Positions 47,936 through 57,586 are shown, numbered from the stretch's first letter. The stretch: DNA of 59,825 nucleotides from Candidatus Saccharimonadota bacterium (GCA_018499905.2 JAHBAU020000003.1:1-59825), one strand, 5' to 3'. Notes: generated by a model not told the origin, from the letters alone. Made by a program: numbers and translations.

Positions 47936-49972
47936 ATGTCAGCATCCCCGTCACTAGAGGCGCTAAAAGGCGTTGGTTCAGAGGTTGCCAAGAAGCTTGA
48001 GGCAGCTGGTATCCGCTCGGCCGAAGATCTATATAGCTACTATCCAAGGAAGTATGACGACTATTCACACGTGGTCAGTATTGCCGAGCTACGGCCAGGA
48101 CCGGTGAGTATTAAAGCCCAGATTAAGCAAGCCAAAGGCCGATATCTGCGGCGGGGTCTGCATATTACTGAGGCTATTGCCAGTGACAGTAGCGGCAGTG
48201 TCCGACTCATCTGGTTTAATCAGCCATATCGAGCGGCCGCTATCAAAAGCGGTGCCGACTATTTTATATCGGGGCTGTTCGAGTTGGGCAAAGGCCGCCT
48301 ATCAATCAATAATCCGTCTATGGAGCTGGTGAGTGACTTTCCGGTGAGCACCGCGCGTGTGGTGCCGGTATATCGGGAAGCAAAAGGGCTGAAGTCGAAT
48401 CAAGTTCGCCGCCTCATCCGTGATAATCTGCCGCCAGCCGATGCCCTGGAAGAGACATTGCCAAAATGGCTGGTGCAGCAAGAAGGGCTTATGAGTTTTG
48501 GCGCCGCCGTCAAAGAAATGCACTTCCCGTCGTCAGCAGACAACCTAGAGGCTGCTCGCAGAAGGCTTGGACTTGAAGAGGTGTTTGCTTTGAGTTTGGC
48601 TAGTTTGATGAATAAGTATGCTATAGCCGATGACCTTGCTATAGCCATACCGTTTGACGAGCAGTTGGCCAAACAGTTTGTCAGCTCCTTACCATTTCGT
48701 TTAACCGATGCCCAGCGCAAAGTTGTTTGGCAAATATATAAAGACATGGCCAATACTCGGCCGATGAACCGCTTAGTGGAGGGCGATGTGGGGTCAGGCA
48801 AGACTGTTGTGGCTACCATGGCGGCGTTGATGGCGTTAAAACAAGGCTTTCAAGTTGCATTTATGGCGCCGACTGAACTTTTGGCCAGGCAGCATGCCGA
48901 AACGGTTTATAAGATGCTGGATAGTGTTGGGTACCATCAGCGCGTGGGTCTATTGATTGGTAGCCTGTCGGCAAAACAAAAGCAGGACATGCATGCGCGG
49001 GTAGAGAGCGGCGAAGTAGGACTATTGATTGGGACACATGCTCTGATTGAGGAAAAAGTGGCAATGCAACAGCTAGGCCTGGTTATTGTTGATGAACAAC
49101 ATCGGTTTGGCGTTGAGCAGCGAAAGAAACTACTCAAGAAAGCTGGCCACCAGGTCCACGTCATTAGTATGAGTGCGACCCCAATACCACGTAGCCTTGC
49201 GCTGACGCTCTATGGAGAGCTCGATATATCGGTCATTGACACCAAGCCAGCCGGTCGGCAGTCGATTATTACCAAAATTGTAGCTCCGGGTGCTCGAGCC
49301 CAGCTCTATCGACAACTCGACACAGTATTGGAGGCTGGTCGCCAGATGTTTGTGGTCACACCGCTAATTGAAGAATCAGTCGCCCGACTCGGTGCTCGCT
49401 CGGCGACGGCCGTACATAAAGAAATGCAAGCGGTCTTTCCAAAAAGAAGGGTTGGTCTTCTGCATGGTCGTCTGAGTGGGGATGATAAGACTAGCATTAT
49501 GGCTGATTTTGTGGCGAAGCGTCTGGATATTCTGGTATCGACTACAGTCATTGAAGTCGGTGTGGACGTCCCCAATGCCAGCATTATGTTATTAGAAGAT
49601 GCTGATCGATTTGGCCTCGCGCAAATCCACCAGCTGCGTGGCCGTGTTGGCAGAGGTGAACATCAAGGCCACTGCTATCTTATTCCCAGCGATTCAGGCC
49701 CACCCCCCAAACGATTACTCGCTCTAGAAAGCTCGTCAGATGGATTTGCCTTGGCGGAACTTGACCTCAAACTCCGTGGACCCGGTGCAATTTATGGCCA
49801 TGCGCAACACGGCGCTCTCGATTTACGCGTCGCCCGGCTTGATGATAAGCAGCTCATTCTGTCGGCGCGGCGGGCAGCCGACGAGTTTATCAAAAAGCGC
49901 GAATCTTTGCTAAACTATCCACGGCTCCGCATGAAAGTCCAAGCCCTACGAGCCGTCACCAATCTAAACTAG
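47936..49972 (+). CDS. recG: ATP-dependent DNA helicase RecG
   Basis: GDVGSGKT, APTELLARQH, DEQHRFGVEQR, SATPIPR, QLRGRVGR. Confidence 0.97.
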   Translation: MSASPSLEALKGVGSEVAKKLEAAGIRSAEDLYSYYPRKYDDYSHVVSIAELRPGPVSIKAQIKQAKGRYLRRGLHITEAIASDSSGSVRLIWFNQPYRAAAIKSGADYFISGLFELGKGRLSINNPSMELVSDFPVSTARVVPVYREAKGLKSNQVRRLIRDNLPPADALEETLPKWLVQQEGLMSFGAAVKEMHFPSSADNLEAARRRLGLEEVFALSLASLMNKYAIADDLAIAIPFDEQLAKQFVSSLPFRLTDAQRKVVWQIYKDMANTRPMNRLVEGDVGSGKTVVATMAALMALKQGFQVAFMAPTELLARQHAETVYKMLDSVGYHQRVGLLIGSLSAKQKQDMHARVESGEVGLLIGTHALIEEKVAMQQLGLVIVDEQHRFGVEQRKKLLKKAGHQVHVISMSATPIPRSLALTLYGELDISVIDTKPAGRQSIITKIVAPGARAQLYRQLDTVLEAGRQMFVVTPLIEESVARLGARSATAVHKEMQAVFPKRRVGLLHGRLSGDDKTSIMADFVAKRLDILVSTTVIEVGVDVPNASIMLLEDADRFGLAQIHQLRGRVGRGEHQGHCYLIPSDSGPPPKRLLALESSSDGFALAELDLKLRGPGAIYGHAQHGALDLRVARLDDKQLILSARRAADEFIKKRESLLNYPRLRMKVQALRAVTNLN

Positions 49973-49979
49973 GTCATTT

Positions 49980-50813
49980 ATGTATTCTGGAATGTATCTT
50001 ACTAAACATACGGGGAAAATTCTTGGTGCTCACCAGAAGATTGACCGCATTGCCCGCAAACAGCTGGCCAATTTACTGCCAGACGATGTATTCCCTAAGT
50101 CTCGAGATATCGTCCGCTTTGAAGGCATGAAAGGACCGGATAGCATTAAGGTAAAAAGTCCCGCCAAAAATGAACCCTGGCATTATTTCAAACCGTTTGA
50201 TGATTCGGATGAGAAAATTCTGCCAATTATTACCGAACATTACGAACTGCTTGTATCTCATCTTAAAAAAGCCAACAAAGAACGGGCAGCCTTTGAAGCA
50301 GCCTGGTTAGCGCACGCACTGGTTGATGGTTTAACACCGGCGCATCAATATCCCTTGGAAGAAAAGATGAGCGAACTGCGCGGCGGTGCTGGTCTGGAGT
50401 CTCGAACAACCTACAAAGACAAGCTGATTATGCCGGGTAATTCAGTGCGTGAGAAAATGGCCAATAACTGGAAGATGTGGGGTGCTAAGGGTTTGTTTAA
50501 TGCGCACATTATGTTCGAGATGGGCGTGGCAATGCTTATCTTACCGCTGAAGTTTGGCGATGTGTCACTTGAAAAAGACTTTTTAGAAAAGGCCAAAAAA
50601 CTTGGGGTAGTTGGTTTGTTTGAACAAATTGCCAAAGAAGTCGGGGCTTTAGAAATGTATGACACCTATCTCAAGCGGGGCTGGACATCAAAGTTGGCCA
50701 TTCAGGTGCGCAATAAACTCATGCCCCAGCTAGTCACTATGGTGACGGCGGCGTGGTACTTGGCCGCTCAAGAAGCCGGACTGGCTGAACCAATGAAACA
50801 AGTAACAGCATGA
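49980..50813 (+). CDS. Hypothetical protein with Zn-dependent phospholipase C / S1-P1 nuclease-like motifs
   Basis: HQKID, GPD, WHY, AHALVDGLTPAH, HIMFE spacing of His/Asp/Glu ligands. Confidence 0.6.
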   Translation: MYSGMYLTKHTGKILGAHQKIDRIARKQLANLLPDDVFPKSRDIVRFEGMKGPDSIKVKSPAKNEPWHYFKPFDDSDEKILPIITEHYELLVSHLKKANKERAAFEAAWLAHALVDGLTPAHQYPLEEKMSELRGGAGLESRTTYKDKLIMPGNSVREKMANNWKMWGAKGLFNAHIMFEMGVAMLILPLKFGDVSLEKDFLEKAKKLGVVGLFEQIAKEVGALEMYDTYLKRGWTSKLAIQVRNKLMPQLVTMVTAAWYLAAQEAGLAEPMKQVTA

Positions 50814-51343
50814 GAGTTATTGCCGGTTCGTTAGGTGGCCGGGTCTTTCAAGCACCAAAAGGCCACAAAACACACCCAATGGGTGACCGCATTAAGGGAG
50901 GGCTATTTAATGCTTTAGGGGATATCAGTGGATTATCAGTGCTGGACGCTTTTGGCGGCAGTGGCGCGCTCGCAATCGAAGCTATTAGCCGGGGCGCGGC
51001 ATCAGCAACCGTCTTGGAGCCTGATCGCCAGGCGAAACAAACAATTGATGAAAATATTGCTCAGTTAGGGATTGGTGCAGCCATAAAAGCGACAAAAGCT
51101 ACGGCCGGTTCCTGGTCTGATACTAACCAAGCAAAACTCTTTGACATTGTCATCTGCGATCCGCCGTATGACGACCTGCAGCTTGGAACGCTGCAAAAGC
51201 TGGTACACCATGTTCGGTCAGGCGGAATAATGGTCATCTCCTGGCCTGGTAAAATGATTCCAGCTGAGCTAGTTGGCATGACACAGGCCAAGAATTTAAC
51301 TTACGGCGATGCCCAACTGGTGTTTTACAAAAAACTCAGCTAG
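50810..51343 (+). CDS. rsmD: RsmD family 16S rRNA m2G966 methyltransferase
   Basis: MRVIAG..GGR, LDAFGGSGALAIEAISRGA, DPPY, YGD. Confidence 0.92.
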   Translation: MRVIAGSLGGRVFQAPKGHKTHPMGDRIKGGLFNALGDISGLSVLDAFGGSGALAIEAISRGAASATVLEPDRQAKQTIDENIAQLGIGAAIKATKATAGSWSDTNQAKLFDIVICDPPYDDLQLGTLQKLVHHVRSGGIMVISWPGKMIPAELVGMTQAKNLTYGDAQLVFYKKLS

Positions 51344-51369
51344 AATGATCGCTGTTACATTGCTACCCT

Positions 51370-51454
51370 GCGCGGGTGGCGAAATTGGTAGACGCACTAG
51401 CCTTAGGAGCTAGCGGGGCAACCCATGAAGGTTCAAGTCCTTTCCCGCGCACCA
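51370..51454 (+). tRNA. tRNA-Leu (anticodon TAG)
   Basis: Acceptor GCGCGGG/CCCGCGC-A-CCA, anticodon arm CTAGC-CTTAGGA-GCTAG, long variable arm, GGTTCAAGTCC T-arm. Confidence 0.97.
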
Positions 51455-51492
51455 AAACAACTAAGCGACCTATGGGTCGTTTTGTTGTTTTG
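51453..51492 (+). terminator. Hairpin terminator after tRNA-Leu
   Basis: CAAAACAAC..GCGACC-TATG-GGTCGT..GTTGTTTTG. Confidence 0.65.
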
Positions 51493-51499
51493 TAGCCGG

Positions 51500-51623
51500 A
51501 GGACTTGAACCGGAGGCGATGACACCTTTTGGTGTCTGAGTTTTCCGCGCTTGGCCGCCTTGCCGTTGGCGTTCACGCCAACGTTTGGCAGGCGCATGAT
51601 AACGCAAGTCCTTTCCCGCGCAC
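51500..51623. repeat. tRNA-associated hairpin element with an inverted T-arm copy and a direct repeat of the tRNA 3' end
   Basis: AGGACTTGAACC 51500-51511 is the reverse complement of tRNA 51430-51441; CAAGTCCTTTCCCGCGCAC 51605-51623 equals tRNA 51434-51452. Confidence 0.85.
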
Positions 51624-51719
51624 TATACCAAAAACCTTCGGAACCCATCCTAAGCAACAACGCGTCCCAAAGCATAGACAAAACAAAAATAAAGTATATA
51701 ATATATATGGAAGATTTTT

Positions 51720-51935
51720 ATGCTTAATAATGAAGTAAAAGCCAGTCATATAGTAGTTGTTGATTCACTTGGTGCTGTTGCTGGTGCATTGGTTGGTATG
51801 GTTGCTGATGTTCTGTTGCCGGGTAGCACACAAGAATATCCAATCCCAAATACTCCAAGAGAGCTAATCGCCACATTCTTGGGTGCTATTGCTGGTGCAG
51901 TAATAACGCACAAAAATGTAGCTCGTAATCTCTAG
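51720..51935 (+). CDS. Small two-TM glycine-zipper-like orphan protein
   Basis: GAVAGALVG and LGAIAGAV hydrophobic segments; AT-rich promoter upstream. Confidence 0.55.
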   Translation: MLNNEVKASHIVVVDSLGAVAGALVGMVADVLLPGSTQEYPIPNTPRELIATFLGAIAGAVITHKNVARNL

Positions 51936-52019
51936 CGCTAAACCAACTTGCCGATATCTAGTTAGAATTGTTTTGTTTTGGCTTGTGTCAAAAATTGTTA
52001 AATCGTATATTGATTGATT

Positions 52020-52685
52020 ATGGGAAGAGCGAGCTTACCTGAAGCACGATGGATAGATGTAGATGTGGCGGCTGTATTTCCCAAGATCCGTGAAGGTGTA
52101 CCTGTAGGATATGGTAATGATTACGAAGACTTAGTTCCTCATATGTTTCTTGACTACGATTTCGCAGAAGGTCCTCAAGCGGCACTACTGAGCGGCTGCA
52201 AGCCGTTCATAGAAGGTGTCGTGCATGATTTCCAAGAGCAGATGGGGTGTGATGCTGATGGAATTCGCAAACTAGGCATCCACCATTTAGAGCCAGGTAC
52301 AGACTATAATTCGCAAACTTGGCACCGAGATCGGCTATTTCCTGGAGAGGTTTTGTATGTTGCCGTGGATGGGCAGCCAACAGAGGCTGCACACGGCCCT
52401 GACAGGTTTTGGTTTAACAAGCTCCCTTACGCTGTTCCGATTAATGGTCCGACGAATTATTTAGTATCTCATGGTTACTTAGAAGTTGTTTCGGGAGCCG
52501 CAGATCAAGCAATAGCCATGACCTCGGGAGTCGTTCACCGAGCCGGGGGTATGGATGAAGGATCGCGCGTTGTTATATCAGCTTCAGTACACAATCGTGC
52601 ATACGCTCGAGAGGAACTCATGAATTCAATTTGGGATGGTCGCGAACTCAGACGAAAAGTGCGTCACGATCCATACGGCATCTAA
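52020..52685 (+). CDS. Orphan protein with 2OG-Fe(II) oxygenase-like motifs
   Basis: WHRD (HxD), VVHRA (distal His), RVVIS; ATG 52020 behind TATATT. Confidence 0.6.
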   Translation: MGRASLPEARWIDVDVAAVFPKIREGVPVGYGNDYEDLVPHMFLDYDFAEGPQAALLSGCKPFIEGVVHDFQEQMGCDADGIRKLGIHHLEPGTDYNSQTWHRDRLFPGEVLYVAVDGQPTEAAHGPDRFWFNKLPYAVPINGPTNYLVSHGYLEVVSGAADQAIAMTSGVVHRAGGMDEGSRVVISASVHNRAYAREELMNSIWDGRELRRKVRHDPYGI

Positions 52686-52728
52686 AAAGTGACGTACGCA
52701 AGGGCGAGAGCGTGCTAGAATTATGTGC

Positions 52729-52962
52729 ATGAAACCAAATAGGGTCGAGTTCGAGCCGCCGCTACCGCCTTCCGAAGACTGGGGCGCGTTCGTTGCGGAA
52801 GTCAGCAGTCTACCTATGCCGACAGATGCTGAACTAGACCAACTTCCGGCATTTGTTGGGCAAGCAAGAGACCTATTTCCGGAAGGAGTAGAATTGCACC
52901 TTGCCAAGCAGCGTCCTCCATATGACGGTACGCCCCTAGTGCATACGCGAATTCTTTCCTGA
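52729..52962 (+). CDS. Small orphan hypothetical protein
   Basis: ORF 52723..52962; TG-C-TAGAAT 7 nt before ATG 52729. Confidence 0.45.
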   Translation: MKPNRVEFEPPLPPSEDWGAFVAEVSSLPMPTDAELDQLPAFVGQARDLFPEGVELHLAKQRPPYDGTPLVHTRILS

Positions 52963-52963
52963 A

Positions 52964-53659
52964 CTACTTCGCAGCCTTCGCAAGTTTCTTTAGTTCAAAG
53001 TAGCGCAAAGGAGCAGCAACTGAATACAGGGCTGCCAGCACAAAGCTGATACCCCAGCCGATAATGCCAAAGCTACCGATGATGGAGATCAAAATAGTGA
53101 CGCCTATAACACCCCAAATGCTTCCCCAGCGACCTCTTGAAATACGCTCGGAATCCTTCATTGCTTCCCCTATGCTTAGATCTTTATCGATCATGGCAAA
53201 AGGTGAAAGGAAATAACGGCTGATAACGATCACGCCGGGAACGATCAGCAAGACTAAGCCAACAACAGAGAGTACGCCGACTACAATGCCAAGTCCCAAA
53301 AGCCGCCACGCGTATTTTTTGGTGTCTTGCCAGACCTCACCTAAAGTGGGGGTCTTGCCATGAGCTACCTTAAACTCAAGTACAATCATCATAATCGCCA
53401 CAATCACATATAAGATTGCAAACAATATAGACAAGGAAATCGCGGCACCAAGCAATGGGCCGACTTTGAAGGTGCCATTGGTCCACATTACCCCATTTTG
53501 ACGATCCTCTTGATTATTTGATAGGCTCAAAAGCCCCAAAACAAAAGGTAGTGCGTATAGAATTGCGAAAGTGTTGAGGTTGGCCTTGACTAAGTCAGCA
53601 CTCTTATTAAACAGACTAAAAGCACTTTCCGGCTGATGGTCCGATGCTTGGTTACTCAT
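52964..53659 (-). CDS. Multi-pass membrane protein
   Basis: LLIVPGVI..Y.L.PF..ID...A.K.S...GR pattern; AAGGAG SD supports ATG 53659 rather than 53767. Confidence 0.8.
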   Translation of the reverse strand: MSNQASDHQPESAFSLFNKSADLVKANLNTFAILYALPFVLGLLSLSNNQEDRQNGVMWTNGTFKVGPLLGAAISLSILFAILYVIVAIMMIVLEFKVAHGKTPTLGEVWQDTKKYAWRLLGLGIVVGVLSVVGLVLLIVPGVIVISRYFLSPFAMIDKDLSIGEAMKDSERISRGRWGSIWGVIGVTILISIIGSFGIIGWGISFVLAALYSVAAPLRYFELKKLAKAAK

Positions 53660-53760
53660 AGACAAGAAACTCCTTCGTAAGTTATTTGGTCGAATTATGC
53701 GCTTAGTTTGACTGCGTTTCAATGCCATCCTGTATAATGACCCCTGAAGGACATTATCAA

Positions 53761-55068
53761 ATGACACTACAAACCCAACCCTACAAGGGTTCTCGAGATT
53801 TTTATCCAGAAGATAAGCGGCTGCAAAAGTATATTTTTAAGACAATGCGCTCTGCGGTTGAGATCTTTGGGTACGAAGAATACGACGCACCAATTTTAGA
53901 ATCACTAGATCTTTATAAAGCCAAAACCGGCCAAGAAATAGTCAACGAACAAACCTATGCCTTTGTTGATCGGGGCGGTCGTGAAGTGGCAATTCGTCCC
54001 GAAATGACACCTTCAGTTAGTAGAATGGTGGCGGCTCGTCGCCAGGAATTAAGCTACCCGTTGCGTTGGTATAGTCTCCCTAATCTTTGGCGCTACGAAC
54101 GTCCTCAACGCGGCCGTCTGCGGGAACACTGGCAGCTGAATGTCGACATTTTTGGGGTTGCCGGATTGCAGGCCGAGCACGAAATTATTCTTGTGGCCGA
54201 CCAAGTTATGCGAGCTTTTGGCGCGAAACGCCATATGTACACCATTAAACTCAATAGCCGACGCTTGATGGACATGATTTTTAGTGAATACTTGCAAGTA
54301 AGTCAGGTCCAGAGTCAGTCACTGGCTAAGCTTATCGACCGTATGCACAAAATGGAGCACTCAGAATTCGTGGCTGATCTAGATGCGCTATGCACTCCTT
54401 CGCAGCGCGAATCTGGCATGAGTGATCGGCTCATGGCGTTACTTAAGACCACAACTCTCGAGGAGCTCCCACCAGAAATACAACAGCACGACGCTTGCGT
54501 GACTTTGACCAAGTTACTGAAGCTTCTTAAGTCATCAGAAATAACCAACGCTGTGTTTGATATTACTGTTATGCGTGGGTTTGACTACTATACCGATGTC
54601 GTTTTTGAGGTTTTTGATACTCACCCTGACAATAATCGTTCGATGTTCGGTGGTGGGCGCTACGATGGCCTGGTTGGTCTTTTCGGCGTCGACCCTGTGC
54701 CAACAGTCGGTTTTGGCATGGGCGACGTGACGCTTGCCAATTTCTTGGATGTACATGGGCTTATGCCTAATCTGAAAGTTGAGTCAGATATGTATGTTGT
54801 GCTGGTCGGCGATGTATACGATAAGGCTCAAAAACTATTAGCCGAGCTTCGTCAGATGGGGCTGAAGCTGGCAGTTGATTGTTCCGGTAAAAAGCCAGGT
54901 GATCAGATTAAGACTGCTGTCAAAAAGGGTATTAGCTACGTGCTGATTGTTGGTGACCGCGAACTGGCTGAAGACCACTACACAATCAAGAATTTAGTGT
55001 CAGGCGAAGAAGAGCATCATAGTCTGCAGCGGATTGTCAGCATCGTCAAAGATTACCGAAAAAAGTAA
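53761..55068 (+). CDS. hisS: Histidine--tRNA ligase
   Basis: KGSRDF, RPEMTPSVSR, RYERPQRGRLREHWQ, RGFDYYT, GGGRYDGL; start moved to 53761. Confidence 0.97.
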   Translation: MTLQTQPYKGSRDFYPEDKRLQKYIFKTMRSAVEIFGYEEYDAPILESLDLYKAKTGQEIVNEQTYAFVDRGGREVAIRPEMTPSVSRMVAARRQELSYPLRWYSLPNLWRYERPQRGRLREHWQLNVDIFGVAGLQAEHEIILVADQVMRAFGAKRHMYTIKLNSRRLMDMIFSEYLQVSQVQSQSLAKLIDRMHKMEHSEFVADLDALCTPSQRESGMSDRLMALLKTTTLEELPPEIQQHDACVTLTKLLKLLKSSEITNAVFDITVMRGFDYYTDVVFEVFDTHPDNNRSMFGGGRYDGLVGLFGVDPVPTVGFGMGDVTLANFLDVHGLMPNLKVESDMYVVLVGDVYDKAQKLLAELRQMGLKLAVDCSGKKPGDQIKTAVKKGISYVLIVGDRELAEDHYTIKNLVSGEEEHHSLQRIVSIVKDYRKK

Positions 55069-55071
55069 CTT

Positions 55072-55512
55072 ATGACAGCGTCTAACCATGTAGTCACCGG
55101 CGCGCTGATTGTCACTATTGTGCACAATCCGGTGCTCGGGCTGACCTTAGCGCTTCTTTCTCATCCATTTCTTGATATGGTGCCGCATTTTGGCGTGGAG
55201 CCGACTCGGATGATGGCTTTTTTGCCTGGGTTCTTGGCCGACGTTGCGATTGCTCTGAGCGTGCTCATAGCGCTAATAATCGTCCGGCCGGACCAATACA
55301 TATTACTCATAGCTGGCGGTATTGCCGCGGCCAGCACTGATCTGTTAAATATCCCGGAATTTATTGATGCGCTTCGGCATAGGCCCCATCACAAAGGACC
55401 GATCCGGCGGTTTCTGTCTTGGATTCAATGGTCGCAGACCGTACCAGGCCTTATTGTGGAATTTGTGTGGTTCTTTTCAGTTGGCTCACTCCTGCTTGGT
55501 CGGCTCTCTTAA
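55072..55512 (+). CDS. Membrane protein with metal-dependent hydrolase-like His/Asp motifs
   Basis: NHVVTG, SHPFLDMVPH; several TM segments. Confidence 0.7.
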   Translation: MTASNHVVTGALIVTIVHNPVLGLTLALLSHPFLDMVPHFGVEPTRMMAFLPGFLADVAIALSVLIALIIVRPDQYILLIAGGIAAASTDLLNIPEFIDALRHRPHHKGPIRRFLSWIQWSQTVPGLIVEFVWFFSVGSLLLGRLS

Positions 55513-55564
55513 AAAATCTAACAGGGGTCTAGCGTAAATCCTCAAGAGATGGTAGGGTAATGGG

Positions 55565-56878
55565 ATGCAAGTAACACGAAACAACGTATCACCCACCGAA
55601 GTCAATCTAAGCATCACGGCAGATGCAAAAGAGCTGCAGCCTATCAAAGATGCTGTCGTCAAGCGGTTGGGTCGTGATTTGAAGCTACCTGGCTTCCGCC
55701 CAGGTAAAGCTCCCGAACATTTATTAGAAAAGAATATCAACCCTGCTAATTTAGAAAATGAATTTTTGCAACTAGCTGTCAGTCACTTTTATGAGCAAGC
55801 GGCTACCAAAGAACTCATACGCCCTATTGGCACACCCAAAGTTAGTCTCAAGAAATTCGTTCCTTACACTACTCTCGAATTTGACATTACTATTGCAGTT
55901 ATCGGTCAGGTGACGCTCGGTGATTACAAAAAGATCAAGAAGGCAAAACCGCAAGCCAGTGTGACCGCCGAAGATGTCAATGGTGTTTTGGCCTCCTTGG
56001 CGCGTCGAGCAGCCGAAAAAGTGTCGGTAGATCGAGCGGCTAAAAACAGTGATGAAGTGTTAATCGACTTTGCCGGTGTTGATAGCAAAGGCGAACCAAT
56101 TAATGGTGCGGCTGCCAAGGACTACCCGCTGGTACTTGGTAGCGATAGCTTTATTCCTGGTTTTGAAGAACAGATCGTTGGCATGAAGCCAGGTGAGCAC
56201 AAAAGCTTTCCAATCAGTTTTCCAAAAGACTACCAAGTGGCTGCATTAGCCGGCAAGAAAGCAACATTTACTGTTGATCTAAAAACTGTCAATGAACTGA
56301 TTGAACCAAAGATTGACGATAGTTTTGCGCCCAAGGTCAGTCCGCTCAAGACGCTCAAGGAGCTCAAAGAAGACATTAAACAGCAGCTGTTGTACGAAGC
56401 CCAGACCAACATTAATAGACAGTACGAGAACGAGATCCTCAAAGATATTGCCGACAAGTCAAAAGTTGCAATTCCAAAAGAGCTTGTTGACGAACAGATT
56501 ACCCGCAACGAAGAGGGCGAACGGCAAAACCTGCTGTACCGTGGCCAAACATGGCAAGAGCACCTCGCTGAAGAGGGTGTAACAGAAGAAGAACACCGGG
56601 AGCGTCAGCGCCCAACCGCCGAAGAAACAGTTAAAGTGAGCTTGGTGCTGAGTGAGATCGCTCGTGCAGAAGGGGTGATGGTGACGCCCGAAGAGCTTGA
56701 AGTGCGCATTACGCTACTCAAAGGTCAATACACCGATCAGAAAATGCGCGATGAACTAGATAAGCCAGAAAATCGCCAAGAAATCTCCGCCCGTTTGCAT
56801 GCCGAAAAGACCATTGAAAAGATCTTAAGCTACGTGACGCAAACCAAACCAGCAGCTAAGCCCAAAGCCAAGAAATAA
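55565..56878 (+). CDS. tig: Trigger factor
   Basis: PGFRPGKAP ribosome-binding signature, FKBP domain (FIPGFEEQIVGM). Confidence 0.97.
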   Translation: MQVTRNNVSPTEVNLSITADAKELQPIKDAVVKRLGRDLKLPGFRPGKAPEHLLEKNINPANLENEFLQLAVSHFYEQAATKELIRPIGTPKVSLKKFVPYTTLEFDITIAVIGQVTLGDYKKIKKAKPQASVTAEDVNGVLASLARRAAEKVSVDRAAKNSDEVLIDFAGVDSKGEPINGAAAKDYPLVLGSDSFIPGFEEQIVGMKPGEHKSFPISFPKDYQVAALAGKKATFTVDLKTVNELIEPKIDDSFAPKVSPLKTLKELKEDIKQQLLYEAQTNINRQYENEILKDIADKSKVAIPKELVDEQITRNEEGERQNLLYRGQTWQEHLAEEGVTEEEHRERQRPTAEETVKVSLVLSEIARAEGVMVTPEELEVRITLLKGQYTDQKMRDELDKPENRQEISARLHAEKTIEKILSYVTQTKPAAKPKAKK

Positions 56879-56883
56879 TGAAA

Positions 56884-56925
56884 TTAGCACTCATGCTTGA
56901 CGAGTGCTAATTGTGACGGTACACT
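56884..56925 (+). promoter_or_regulatory. Perfect CIRCE (HrcA operator) overlapping the clpP promoter
   Basis: TTAGCACTC-ATGCTTGAC-GAGTGCTAA 56884-56910; -35 TTGACG 56897-56902, 17 bp spacer, TACACT 56920-56925. Confidence 0.92.
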
Positions 56926-56932
56926 GGGTTGT

Positions 56933-57541
56933 ATGAACAAACCAACCAATCTACTCATCCCAACCGTCATTGAATCAGAAGGCCGCATGGAGCGAGCCTA
57001 CGATATTTACAGCCGTCTGTTAAAAGACCGCATTATCTTCTTGGGTGAAGACGTAAACGAGCACACTGCTAACCTTATCGTGGCTCAGTTACTATTTTTG
57101 GATAATGAACAGCCTGGACGTGATATCTATTTATATATCAATAGCCCGGGTGGCGTCGTTTATGATGCTTTGGCGATTTATGACACCATGCAGTACATCA
57201 AAAGTGACGTGCAAACTGTTGGTATCGGTGTCCAAGCCAGTGCCGCCGCATTCTTATTGTCTAGCGGCACCAAGGGTAAGCGAGTTATTTTGCCGAACGC
57301 CACTGTTATGATTCATCAGCCTTCAAGCGGAACGCGTGGTAAGGTGACCGATATGGAAATCGACCTCAAAGAGTCACTGCGTATTAAACAGCGTTTGAAC
57401 GAAATTATGGCTAAGAATACCGGACAGACCGTTAAGAAGATCCAAGAAGATATGGAACGAGACTACTGGATGCCAGCAGAAGACGCGTTGAAGTACGGCA
57501 TTGTTGATAAAGTTATCGACTCCATTAAGAAGCTAAGCTAA
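56933..57541 (+). CDS. clpP: ATP-dependent Clp protease proteolytic subunit
   Basis: [27 protein letters not shown] (Ser), MIHQP (His), RDYW (Asp); real start ATG 56933 since 56897 lies inside the CIRCE. Confidence 0.97.
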   Translation: MNKPTNLLIPTVIESEGRMERAYDIYSRLLKDRIIFLGEDVNEHTANLIVAQLLFLDNEQPGRDIYLYINSPGGVVYDALAIYDTMQYIKSDVQTVGIGVQASAAAFLLSSGTKGKRVILPNATVMIHQPSSGTRGKVTDMEIDLKESLRIKQRLNEIMAKNTGQTVKKIQEDMERDYWMPAEDALKYGIVDKVIDSIKKLS

Positions 57542-57586
57542 CCGATAGTTGGCGTTTAATAGGAAAAATGCTATAATATTTAAATT

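Noticed and set aside
51707-51727. Possible one-base frameshift in a T5 run joining upstream ATG GAA GAT to the 51720 ORF
   Set aside because: It would add only four residues and the ORF is complete from 51720; cannot distinguish from chance without reads
56897-56932. N-terminal extension of ClpP ([12 protein letters not shown])
   Set aside because: This is the CIRCE/promoter sequence read in frame; the real start is ATG 56933
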